This document shows, in pieces, positions 28,407-37,485 of a stretch of DNA of 64,000 nucleotides. Source of the DNA: an uncultured Ignavibacteriales bacterium (lineage in GTDB: Bacteria > Zixibacteria > MSB-5A5 > GN15 > FEB-12); contig CAZVHP010000004.1 of assembly GCA_964627305.1 (NCBI GenBank), positions 207,971 to 271,970 of the forward strand, in the 5' to 3' direction. The number at the start of each line of letters is the position of its first letter. Position 1 is the stretch's first letter. The notes below the pieces were generated by a model. It was given only the letters and a program-made list of their open reading frames with translations. It was not told the DNA's origin and did no database searches. The position numbers were made by a program, and so were the translations under genes.

Positions 28407-29651
28407 TTATTCACTCAACAGATTGACCACCAGACCACTGCGAAGTTTTGGCTCAAACCACGTCGATTTCGGGGGCATCACCTGCTCGGCCTCGGCCACC
28501 GCCAGAAGCTGCTCGACCGAAACAGGATACAGCGAAAAGGCAATCGCGAATCGGCCGGAATCAACCAGGCGGACCAACTCCTGCGTACCGCGAATGCCAC
28601 CAACAAAATCGATCCGCTCATCGGTGCGGATATCCCGAATCCCCAGAACAGGATCCAGAAGATTAGCGGTCAGGATAGCCGAGTCGATAGACGCCGCGGG
28701 ATCGTCAGCATTGTACGTACCCGGCTTGATAGACAACACGTACCACTTCCCACCGAGGTACATGCCGATCTGCTTGTCCCTCTGCGGTGTCACCGGTTCG
28801 TCAGCTGTGGCGACCGAAAACCTCTCAATAATCTTCTCCAGCAACTCTGTCTCAGACAATCCGGCCGTGTCTGCCACTACCCGATTGTAAGACATTATAT
28901 GCAACTCGTTGTCAGGGAAAATGACATTCAGAAAGTAGTTGTAGTGCTCCTCGCCGGTGTGATTGGGGTTTTGCTCGGCCAGTCGACGGCACACTTCGCT
29001 GGCGGCTGCCGAACGATGATGCCCGTCGGCAATATACAGCGCGGGCAGATCGGCAAACGCTCGTGTCAGCGCCTCCACCTGCTGCGAATCGGCCACAACC
29101 CACAACTGGTGACGAACATCGTGGTCACTCACAAAGTCATACTCCGGCGCCTTCTTCGTCAGCTCTCCAAACAGCGCCGAGAGCGTCGCCGAGTGTCGGA
29201 AGATCGAAAACACCGGACCAACCTGCGCCCCCAGAACCTGTATATGATTGGCGCGATCCGAAACTTTCTTCGGCCGCGTGTGCTCATGCTTTTTGATCAG
29301 GTTCTTTTCGTACTCCACAACCGACGTCAACGCCACCAGGCCCGTCTGACTGCGATTGTCCATTGTCAGACGGTACAGGTAGTAGCACGGCTTGCTGTCA
29401 CGGACCATGATCCTCTCATCGATCAGCCGCTGAAGGTTCTGTTTCCCGCGCTCATAGATCTCCTGACCATAGACATCAGCGTCCGGCGGAAAATCAACCT
29501 CCGATTTGTTCACTCTCAAAAAGGAGTTGGGGTTCTGCTTCACCAGCTCACGGGCTTCATCGCTGGAGAGCGCATCATACGGGGGAGCGGCGACCTTCGC
29601 TGCCATCTCAGGGGTGGGCCGCAATCCGGCAAACGGGCGAATCACAGACAT
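28407..29651 (-). CDS. DUF1015 family protein
   Basis: 414 aa. Family-typical N-terminus MSVIRPFAGLRP...APPYDALS and internal ADGHHR. Its stop is 16 nt from the serA start. Confidence 0.85.
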   Translation of the reverse strand: MSVIRPFAGLRPTPEMAAKVAAPPYDALSSDEARELVKQNPNSFLRVNKSEVDFPPDADVYGQEIYERGKQNLQRLIDERIMVRDSKPCYYLYRLTMDNRSQTGLVALTSVVEYEKNLIKKHEHTRPKKVSDRANHIQVLGAQVGPVFSIFRHSATLSALFGELTKKAPEYDFVSDHDVRHQLWVVADSQQVEALTRAFADLPALYIADGHHRSAAASEVCRRLAEQNPNHTGEEHYNYFLNVIFPDNELHIMSYNRVVADTAGLSETELLEKIIERFSVATADEPVTPQRDKQIGMYLGGKWYVLSIKPGTYNADDPAASIDSAILTANLLDPVLGIRDIRTDERIDFVGGIRGTQELVRLVDSGRFAIAFSLYPVSVEQLLAVAEAEQVMPPKSTWFEPKLRSGLVVNLLSE

Positions 29652-29831
29652 GACGGACTACTTTCTTTCGTTCAAAAACACGGTTTTCAGCTTGGCGAAT
29701 ATAACACATTAGCCTTTTAGCGCAACTGTTTCCGAATGCTCCCCTGCGCCGGAAATGCGGACAAATCGGGCATTCTTACCCGACTACCGCCACCGGCGGT
29801 ACCCCCGGAACGCCCCGACCCCGTCTGCAGA

Positions 29832-31952
29832 TTACGGCAGAGACTCCAGTTGCCACAGCAGGAAAGAATAGATATCAACCTGCTCTTGTATCGTGGCGCT
29901 GACCGGCTTCCCACCCGAATGCCCGGCCCTTTCCTCATACCGCAGCAACACCGGCCGCTGCGAGGTCGTCGCCTGCTGCACCATTGCCGTCATCTTGCGA
30001 GCATGCATGGGGTCGACTCGGGTGTCGTGATCACCGGTCACAAACATCACCGCCGGATACTTCACACCTTCCTGCACGTTGTGGTACGGCGAGTAACTCA
30101 GCAACACCTCGAACTCCTCCGCATCGTCCGCCGACCCATACTCCTGAATCCAGTAAGGCCCCATCAGCAGTTTGTGGTAACGAATCATGTCCAGCAGAGG
30201 ATAAGTACACACCACCGCCCCGAACAAATCCGGGCGCTGAGTAAGCGCCACCCCTACCAAAAGGCCGCCATTCGAACCGCCCGAGCAGGCAAGCCGCTCA
30301 GGATTTGTATAGTCATTCGCGATCAGCCACTCAGCCGCCGCGTACAGATCATCGAATGTATTCTGCTTGTTCTCACGCATACCCGCCCGGTGCCAGGTCT
30401 CCCCATATTCCCCGCCGCCGCGCAGCGCCGGGTAGGCAAAGACACCCCCAAGCTCGGTCCACAATACCACCGAACTGGAAAACCACGGCCGGGTAGACAC
30501 ACTGAAGCCGCCATAGCCATAGATGATTGTCGGCCGGTCACCATCGAGTGTCAGATCGCGACGGTGCACCACGAACATGGGAACGCGCGTGCCGTCAGCA
30601 GATTCATACCAGACCTGCCTGACCTGCAAGCTGTCGGGATCGATCGGCAGCTCGGCCTGATGCCAGACCTCAGTCTCGCCCGTTTCGATATGACTCCGGA
30701 ATACCATCGGCGGCACCGTGTACGACTCAAAGGTGTAATAGACATAGGGATTGTCCCATAGCCCGCTCGGCAAGCCTACATTGCCAAGGGTCGGCGTCTC
30801 AATCTCACGCACCAGGTTACCATCGAGGTCATACACGGCAGCATAGCTGACCATGTCCTTCTCATACCGGACCGACAGCATGCCACCCACCAGGTCAAAA
30901 GACGACAACACCGCCTCGTCCTCAGGAATGAGATCCCGCCAGCGTTCAGGATCGGACTCGTCCAGATCGCCCCGCAGCAGCCGACGGTTCGGGGCCTTCC
31001 AGTCGGTGCTTGCAAATACCTGCCCCTCCGCAATCGACACCCTGAACCTCGCCTCAATACCGGTGACAAGCGGCTGGATCGGTGCGGAGAGGGCCATATC
31101 CTTGTAATAGACCTCGGTCTGCTGCACGGAACCAAACCACACCGTCACGATCAGCAGGCGGTTGTCGTCAGATCGACCAATACTGATACCCTTATCCGGA
31201 CCAAAACCATCCCCGAATACCAGCCGATCATTGTCAACGGTACTGCCGAACCGATGATAATACACCCGCGACGAACCGTCCTGCCCTCGACGGCTGTAGT
31301 ACACACCCCTGCCGTCGGGTGTCATCGCGACACCAAAATAGACGGCATCCGGCAGAACCGTAGCACGAGCCAGCATCGAATCGACATGCAGAAAGTGTAC
31401 TTCCATCTCATCAGCACCCCCCTGTCGGATACCATAGGCGACAACACCGCCGTCAATACTGATATCAACCAGCGACACGCTCACTGTGCCGTCCTCGCTC
31501 AGCCCGGCCGGGTCAACCAGCAGCTTCTCCTCGCCCCAGGCCCCCTCCCGCATGTACAAGGCCGACAGCTCCTGATCAGGCAGCCGCTGCGAGTAGAACA
31601 ACCGGTTGCGCCGGGTGACCGGCCTGCTCACTGCCGTGCGGCGCATCAGTTCCTCAAAACGGGAATGAAGTTCCTCCCGACCCGGCAACTGCGCGAGCAA
31701 TCGCGACGTATACCTGTTCTGTGCCTCAATCCAGCTCCGTGTGCGCGGCGACCATTGATCCTCCAGCCAGCGATACGGATCGACTATGATCTCCCCGTGC
31801 AGCGTGTCGACCACCGGCTCGCGCATAGTCTCAGGCGGCGGCGCTGCCGTCCGCGCCGGCACCTCCGACGTGGTCTCGCATCCCCCGGTCACCATCAGCA
31901 CGAGCGCTGTCACCGTCAGCACCATCAAACACCCGACCACAGCTACCTTCAT
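29832..31952 (-). CDS. Prolyl oligopeptidase (S9A), probable lipoprotein
   Basis: ATG at 31952 (the track start at 31970 is TTG). Lipobox-like VTGGC. N-terminal beta-propeller; catalytic GGSNGGLL Ser, DHDTRV Asp, and C-terminal AGHSGG His. Confidence 0.9.
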   Translation of the reverse strand: MKVAVVGCLMVLTVTALVLMVTGGCETTSEVPARTAAPPPETMREPVVDTLHGEIIVDPYRWLEDQWSPRTRSWIEAQNRYTSRLLAQLPGREELHSRFEELMRRTAVSRPVTRRNRLFYSQRLPDQELSALYMREGAWGEEKLLVDPAGLSEDGTVSVSLVDISIDGGVVAYGIRQGGADEMEVHFLHVDSMLARATVLPDAVYFGVAMTPDGRGVYYSRRGQDGSSRVYYHRFGSTVDNDRLVFGDGFGPDKGISIGRSDDNRLLIVTVWFGSVQQTEVYYKDMALSAPIQPLVTGIEARFRVSIAEGQVFASTDWKAPNRRLLRGDLDESDPERWRDLIPEDEAVLSSFDLVGGMLSVRYEKDMVSYAAVYDLDGNLVREIETPTLGNVGLPSGLWDNPYVYYTFESYTVPPMVFRSHIETGETEVWHQAELPIDPDSLQVRQVWYESADGTRVPMFVVHRRDLTLDGDRPTIIYGYGGFSVSTRPWFSSSVVLWTELGGVFAYPALRGGGEYGETWHRAGMRENKQNTFDDLYAAAEWLIANDYTNPERLACSGGSNGGLLVGVALTQRPDLFGAVVCTYPLLDMIRYHKLLMGPYWIQEYGSADDAEEFEVLLSYSPYHNVQEGVKYPAVMFVTGDHDTRVDPMHARKMTAMVQQATTSQRPVLLRYEERAGHSGGKPVSATIQEQVDIYSFLLWQLESLP

Positions 31953-32094
31953 AATCCGACCTTTCTGCAATCGCGCGGCCCTGCCACCACTACCGATACT
32001 GCTCCATACAACAACCGACTACGCGAGCCGGACCTCATGCGATGTATGATACTCGAACCCAAGTCCCGATTCAAGCCCGGCCCCGAAAACAACA

Positions 32095-32130
32095 GCCCAA
32101 AAAACAGACCGGCCGCTGGGCAGCCGGTCT
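32095..32130 (-). terminator. Rho-independent terminator after the SWIB gene
   Basis: Minus strand reads AGACCGGC-TGCCCAGCG-GCCGGTCT followed by GTTTTTTGGG. Confidence 0.65.
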
Positions 32131-32164
32131 TGGGAAGAAACCAGATTCGCAGACGAAGATGGCG

Positions 32165-32755
32165 CTAACTCATATGCTTGCTGACCAGCTTGGTCATCTC
32201 AAACATGGAGACCTTCTTCTTGCCGCCGAAAATCTTCACCAGCTTGTCGTCGGCATTGATCATGCGACGATTCACATTGTCCTGAAGATCGTTCTTCTTG
32301 ATGTAGTCCCAGAGCTTCTTGGTGACCTGGGTGCGCGGCATAGCAGTCTTCCCTACCACCGCCTGCAACGCGTCAGAGAGCTCCATGGGACGCATAAAGG
32401 CAGCGTTCGGTTTACGCTTGGTGGTCGTCTTCTTGCGGGTTGTCGTCCGCTTGGCCGTCGAACGGGTTCCCGCAGCCTTGCGAGTTGTCGTCTTGCGGGC
32501 CGTCGTCTTACGGGCTGTGGTCTTCTTGGCAGTCGTCTTTCCCGCAGCCTTCTTGGCGGTCGTCTTCTTCGCTGCCGGCTTCTTCGGGGCAGCTTTCTTA
32601 CGCGTGGTCGTGGACTTCTTGGGTGCAGCTTTCTTGCGCGTGGTCGTCGTCTTCTTCGCGGTCGTCTTCTTTGCGGCAGGCTTCTTGGCCGCAGGCTTCT
32701 TCGCTGCCTTCTTCGTGGCAGGCTTCTTCGTCGTCTTCTTCTTGGCTACTGCCAT
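32165..32755 (-). CDS. Lys/Ala/Thr-rich histone-H1-like tail fused to a SWIB/MDM2 domain
   Basis: Residues 1-115 are almost only K, A, T, P, R (KKPAAKKPAAKKTTAKK...). The C-terminal ~80 aa (MELSDALQAVVG...TQVTKKLWDYIKKNDLQD...MINADDKLVKIFG...) match the SWIB fold signature. Confidence 0.85.
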   Translation of the reverse strand: MAVAKKKTTKKPATKKAAKKPAAKKPAAKKTTAKKTTTTRKKAAPKKSTTTRKKAAPKKPAAKKTTAKKAAGKTTAKKTTARKTTARKTTTRKAAGTRSTAKRTTTRKKTTTKRKPNAAFMRPMELSDALQAVVGKTAMPRTQVTKKLWDYIKKNDLQDNVNRRMINADDKLVKIFGGKKKVSMFEMTKLVSKHMS

Positions 32756-33009
32756 GACATTGCTCCTTTAGCTTCAGAACGATTGCTGCTTTTGTATGTC
32801 TGCTTTTTCTGTTGGTCTACGCTTCCTGACCGGTTCCTCAACCCTGGCTGTAATCATGATTCCCCGGCATCTCTGCTGCAAAGTACATTTTGTTTACGAT
32901 TCAGAGCAAGATATTTTCTTCGTGTTAGCGAAAAAAACACCCCCTTTTCCATAGGGAAAACGGCCGTTTCTGTCAGAGCTAATCACCGCCGAACACTTCA
33001 TGAGGACCG

Positions 33010-34203
33010 TCACCCCCGCCGCAGTTCTATCACCGGTGCTTCTGCCGGACACCCCAGTCGGAACGGAAACCAGTGCCCCACTCCTGCCGTCGTATACAGA
33101 TGTGACTTCCCCTGGGTATAGTGCCCCCAGTAATACGGCACGCCCGCCAACGTCTCCACCAGCGAGCGCCCCCCGAATCCCAGTTGACCGCCGTGCGTGT
33201 GCCCCGCCAGCGTCAACCCAATCCCCTGCTCGGCAGCATAGACGAAGGCATTGGGGCGATGACTCATCAGCACGGTGAAGTCGGCCGCCCGGTGAGAAGG
33301 AAGAATAATATCGATACGCTCCTTGAAAAACTGCGGACCCGCCCCGCTCAACCGTACCGGATCGTCAATACCGGCCACACACACCCGCGCCGACCCGGCC
33401 TCAAGCAGACGCGCGCTGTCAATCAACAGCGTCGCCGGAGACTGCCGACAGATGTCCACAAATCGGCGCACTCCGCGGAAATACTCGTGGTTACCTACCG
33501 AAACAAAGGTCCCCAGACGTGGCGCCAGTTCGTCTATCATCAGCAGCGCCGGCTCCAGATGCTCCAGATCATCAGCCACATCACCGGTCACCAGCACCAT
33601 GTCCGGCCGATACCTGGCAGCATCATCCACCGTCTGTCGCACATGATCCAGATCGATGTATCGCCCCAAGTGAATGTCACTCAAGTGCAGGAGGCGAAGA
33701 CGCTCGAGATCGGGGTGAAGTCCCTCCACCGCGATCGGCCGCCGGTACACCCGAATATCGTGAAATGCCCCCGTGATCCCCGTCACTCCCAAACCGACCG
33801 TCGCAGCCGGCAGAGCCGCCGCCGCCGCCTTCAGAAACACCCGCCTCTTCTCGCGCTGCAACGCCGGTTCCGGTCTCTTCCGACTGAAGAACCGGTCCAG
33901 CAGCCGCCGCAGCAGGTGCAGCCCACCCGAGACCGGCAACGACAGCATCAGGCATACCTCCATCACGAAGGTTGCCGAGGCCAGCACCGCCCCGGGATAG
34001 ACCAGCCAGTCTATGGCTCGGTATTCCCCCAGCGCCCACAGCCCCAGCATGATCACTCCGAACACCGGCAGCAACAGGGCCGTCCAACGGATCCATCGCC
34101 TCTGCCACCACTCGTAGTTGAGCAGACGCAACAAGACGACATACACAGCCCCGAAAAGAAGAATGACGATTGTCCCGAAGACAATTGGAAAGAGATTTCG
34201 CAT
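33010..34203 (-). CDS. Membrane-anchored metallophosphoesterase (YkuE/YaeI-like)
   Basis: About 4 N-terminal TM helices. Calcineurin-like motifs LHLSDIHLG, VTGDVAD, GNHEY, GHTHGGQ. ATG at 34203 (the track start at 34215 is TTG). Confidence 0.85.
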   Translation of the reverse strand: MRNLFPIVFGTIVILLFGAVYVVLLRLLNYEWWQRRWIRWTALLLPVFGVIMLGLWALGEYRAIDWLVYPGAVLASATFVMEVCLMLSLPVSGGLHLLRRLLDRFFSRKRPEPALQREKRRVFLKAAAAALPAATVGLGVTGITGAFHDIRVYRRPIAVEGLHPDLERLRLLHLSDIHLGRYIDLDHVRQTVDDAARYRPDMVLVTGDVADDLEHLEPALLMIDELAPRLGTFVSVGNHEYFRGVRRFVDICRQSPATLLIDSARLLEAGSARVCVAGIDDPVRLSGAGPQFFKERIDIILPSHRAADFTVLMSHRPNAFVYAAEQGIGLTLAGHTHGGQLGFGGRSLVETLAGVPYYWGHYTQGKSHLYTTAGVGHWFPFRLGCPAEAPVIELRRG

Positions 34204-34314
34204 CGAAGCTGTCAACTGCCTGTGTTACGAGTTCATCGCGACCCGGTGCCGCGTTTGACCTTAAACCTCTGGCTCGCCCGGCAGTTCCCCGATAAGCGAT
34301 ACCCCGCCGACCTC

Positions 34315-35910
34315 TCAGCTCTTCCACACTGAGGGGCGCAAGACTATCAGCACCGTAAAGATCTCCAGTCGACCCAGCAACATCGAAAAGACCAGCAGCC
34401 ACTTGCCGGGGATGGGTATCCAGCCGTAATTCTCTATAGCCCCGATTCCGGCCAGCCCCGGGCCGATATTCCCGATCGTCGCTATCGAACAGGCCACCGC
34501 CGTCGTCACATCAGGAACGAACAACGTCATGGCCAGCGCCACCAGAACGAACAGCCCCACGAACAGGATGAAAAAGGAGACAATGTTGACAATCTGGCCC
34601 TCATCAACCGCCTGCCCGCCGATCTTCACGGGCGCAATCAGACGGGGCTGCGAGAGCCGTCGAAGATGAGTGTAGGCCACTTTGAAGACGATCATGACCC
34701 GGATCATCTTCATCCCGCCACCGGTGGACCCCGCGCACCCCCCGAAGAACATCAGCAGAATGAGTAACACCCGGAGGAAATCCGGCCAGATGTCAAAGTC
34801 GGCCGTGGCAAACCCGGTCGTCGTGATGATCGCCACTGCCTGAAAGGTCGCCGTGCGCACGGTGTTGTACAATCCGTCGATCTTCTGAGCTTCCTGCACG
34901 TAGTGCTGCGCCATCTGATCCGGACCGATTGGCTCGTGGCGGTATGAATCCAGCGCCTGCTCCATCGGCGCCAGCCCCTGGATGAGCAAAACACCAGTTA
35001 TCAGCACTATCGCCACCAGTATCACACCATTGTAGAAGACGAACTCGCGATTACGAAACATGCTGCCCACATCACCCCGCAGAGCCTTGAAGTGCAGCAG
35101 AAAATTGATCCCGGCAAAATACATGAAAAGTATGATCACCCACTCGATAAGGTCCGAGTTGTACCCGCCGATCGACGCACTGTTGTTGGAAAAACCGCCC
35201 GTAGCCATCGTGGCAAAGGTGTGACACACGGCGTCGAAGAGGTTCATCCCCGCGACCATCAGCAGAATCGTCTCGGCCAGGCTCAGCAACAGGTACACCC
35301 CCCAGAGAATGGAGGCCGTCTGAGCCAGACGCGGCTGCAATCGGTCCTTGGTCGGCCCCGGAACCTCACCCCGAAACATCTGATACCCGCTCACCCCCAT
35401 GGCAGGAAAAATGGCAATCGCCAGCGTGATTATACCCATCCCGCCCAGCCAGTGCGTCAGACAACGCAGAAACTGCAGCGACCGCGGTAATCCCTCGATA
35501 TCCGACAGGATCGTTGCCCCGGTGGTCGTAAAACCGGACATGATCTCAAAGAAAGCGTCGGTGAACGAGAGCAGGACAGAGTTGTCTGTGGTCGCTTCAA
35601 ACCACACCAGCAACGGCAGGCTGTTCACGAACGTCAGGATCAGCCAGCCCAGCGTGACGATTGCATACCCCTCGCGCACTCCCTGAAGATGCCGTGCAGT
35701 GCGACAGATCATCACCAAAACACTGCCCGCAAACAACGAAAGCGCCATCGCAGCCAGAAGCCCCGCCATCTCCCGCTTGAGCAACGCCTCGGCGAACGGC
35801 AGCCCCTGCTGCAGGTAATCCCACAACCCTATTGACAGAGGAACAAGCAGCAACCCGGTCATCACCTGCAGCAGTTTGCCTATCGCGTATCCGACAGCTC
35901 GCTTGCGCAT
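34315..35910 (-). CDS. trkH: TrkH-family K+ uptake membrane subunit
   Basis: 531 aa polytopic protein. Repeated M1-P-M2 units with selectivity-filter-like TTTG/TGGF/STGG motifs. Lies 10 nt downstream of trkA. Confidence 0.9.
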   Translation of the reverse strand: MRKRAVGYAIGKLLQVMTGLLLVPLSIGLWDYLQQGLPFAEALLKREMAGLLAAMALSLFAGSVLVMICRTARHLQGVREGYAIVTLGWLILTFVNSLPLLVWFEATTDNSVLLSFTDAFFEIMSGFTTTGATILSDIEGLPRSLQFLRCLTHWLGGMGIITLAIAIFPAMGVSGYQMFRGEVPGPTKDRLQPRLAQTASILWGVYLLLSLAETILLMVAGMNLFDAVCHTFATMATGGFSNNSASIGGYNSDLIEWVIILFMYFAGINFLLHFKALRGDVGSMFRNREFVFYNGVILVAIVLITGVLLIQGLAPMEQALDSYRHEPIGPDQMAQHYVQEAQKIDGLYNTVRTATFQAVAIITTTGFATADFDIWPDFLRVLLILLMFFGGCAGSTGGGMKMIRVMIVFKVAYTHLRRLSQPRLIAPVKIGGQAVDEGQIVNIVSFFILFVGLFVLVALAMTLFVPDVTTAVACSIATIGNIGPGLAGIGAIENYGWIPIPGKWLLVFSMLLGRLEIFTVLIVLRPSVWKS

Positions 35911-35920
35911 AGCCAGAACC

Positions 35921-37291
35921 CTACCCTAACAACCGGCGTGGCCGAAACAGCTTCTCCAGTGCAGCCAGGTTCGCGTGACGGGTCACCACAATCAAATGGT
36001 CGTTGCCATGAATAATCGTCTCGCCATCGGGCAGAATCATGCGATCCTCACGCACAATCGCACCAATAATCGTCCCCTTCTTGAATCTCGGCGCCAGCTC
36101 ACGAAGCTTCTTGTTGGCAACAGCGCTTTGTGGGTCAACATCGAACCGGATAGCCTCAATGTCGACATCGGAGAGCCGCACCACGGCTCCGATCTGCCCG
36201 CGCGATATCAACTCCAGAATCTCACGGGCGGTCGTCAGCCGGGGATTAATGACATGATCGATGCCGATCGATCGGAACACCTTCTCCTGCAGATTCTCTA
36301 CCGTGGTGGCAATCGTCTCGTGCGCCCCGGCCGCCCGAGCCAGAAGGACCGAGAGCATGTTGTAGTCCGGCTCGTCGGACACCGCGATAAAAAACGACGC
36401 GTGATCGGTATGCAGCTCCTGCAGCAGATCCGGTTGCGTGCAGTCACCGTGGATCACCTCCACCCTGCCAAATCGCTCGGCGGCCCGGTTGGCATGTTCC
36501 AGGTCCGGATCAACCAGCACCACCTTGTTGTCAGTCTGCTCCAGCGCCGCAGTCAGTTCGAGCGTGGTGTAGCTGTTTCCGGTCACTATGATCTTGCGTG
36601 CCTTCTGCCTCTCAACTCCGACCAGCTTCAAAAAGACCTCAAGCGACTCCTCAGCCATCAACGCATACACAGTGTCTCCCGGCCTGATCATCGTCTCGCC
36701 GTCGGGTATCATCCCCTCGTGATTGCGCACGATTGCCGGAAAGAGCACCTTCTCCGGCGCAATCTCTTCGCGAATCTCGCGGGGACACTTGTTGGCAAGA
36801 GGCATGGTATCAGTCACGACATAGCCGCGAAGCAGAATCCTGCCGTGCTCGAAATTGGCCGATTCCACTGCATGGGGTGTGGCGACAAACTGCAGAATGT
36901 GGTCGACCAGCGCCTTCTCGGGATGAATGACAGCCGTAATCCCCATACGCTTCAAATCAACCAGCCCCTCGCCACCCTCTTCGTAATCCGCGCTGCGCAG
37001 CCGCGCTATCCGGCCGGCCACATCGTGCTGAGCGGCCAGCGCACAGGCCACGATGTTCACCTCATCATTAGGAGTCACCGCCAGTAACAGGTCGGCACTC
37101 CGAATGCCTGCCTCACGAAGCATCGCCGGCGAGGAACCAGAGCCACAGACGATCTGCAAATCAAGCTTCTGCGAGAGACTGTCGCACAGGCTGCGGTCAA
37201 TCTCCACCAGCGATAACTCGTGCTTCTCCTTGAGCAGGTGTTCGGCCAGACTGTAACCGACCACACCCCCGCCAATAATCACAATTCGCAT
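35921..37291 (-). CDS. trkA: Trk system NAD-binding peripheral subunit
   Basis: 456 aa. Two tandem RCK N/C modules; MRIVIIGGGVVG and IIVTGNSYT Rossmann starts. Confidence 0.9.
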   Translation of the reverse strand: MRIVIIGGGVVGYSLAEHLLKEKHELSLVEIDRSLCDSLSQKLDLQIVCGSGSSPAMLREAGIRSADLLLAVTPNDEVNIVACALAAQHDVAGRIARLRSADYEEGGEGLVDLKRMGITAVIHPEKALVDHILQFVATPHAVESANFEHGRILLRGYVVTDTMPLANKCPREIREEIAPEKVLFPAIVRNHEGMIPDGETMIRPGDTVYALMAEESLEVFLKLVGVERQKARKIIVTGNSYTTLELTAALEQTDNKVVLVDPDLEHANRAAERFGRVEVIHGDCTQPDLLQELHTDHASFFIAVSDEPDYNMLSVLLARAAGAHETIATTVENLQEKVFRSIGIDHVINPRLTTAREILELISRGQIGAVVRLSDVDIEAIRFDVDPQSAVANKKLRELAPRFKKGTIIGAIVREDRMILPDGETIIHGNDHLIVVTRHANLAALEKLFRPRRLLG

Positions 37292-37485
37292 ACTTCTCCT
37301 GACAACACCCGTCGCTCCCGCTCACCAGGCTGATTCACTACCCAATGTTGAGGCTGATCCCTCACAGCGCAAATAAATAATCGAACCCTCACCCGATGTC
37401 AGCCGAAGGTCACCCGCCGAAAGCACGACAGCCGGCATCCATACAAGATACCGGCCGCCATATAGCCGTCGACAGTCAACCTGAC

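Noticed and set aside
28191-30761. Plus-strand ORFs of 509 aa (28191-29720) and 341 aa (29736-30761).
   Set aside because: They are antisense to the DUF1015 and prolyl oligopeptidase genes, whose products carry clear family motifs. The plus-strand products are R/Q/L/H-rich with no motifs.
32400-32750. Repetitive DNA (GTCGTCTTCTT / GGCAGG-type units) that might look like a tandem repeat array or CRISPR.
   Set aside because: It is the coding sequence of the K/A/T-rich tail of the SWIB protein. The repeats are short, imperfect and contiguous without spacers.
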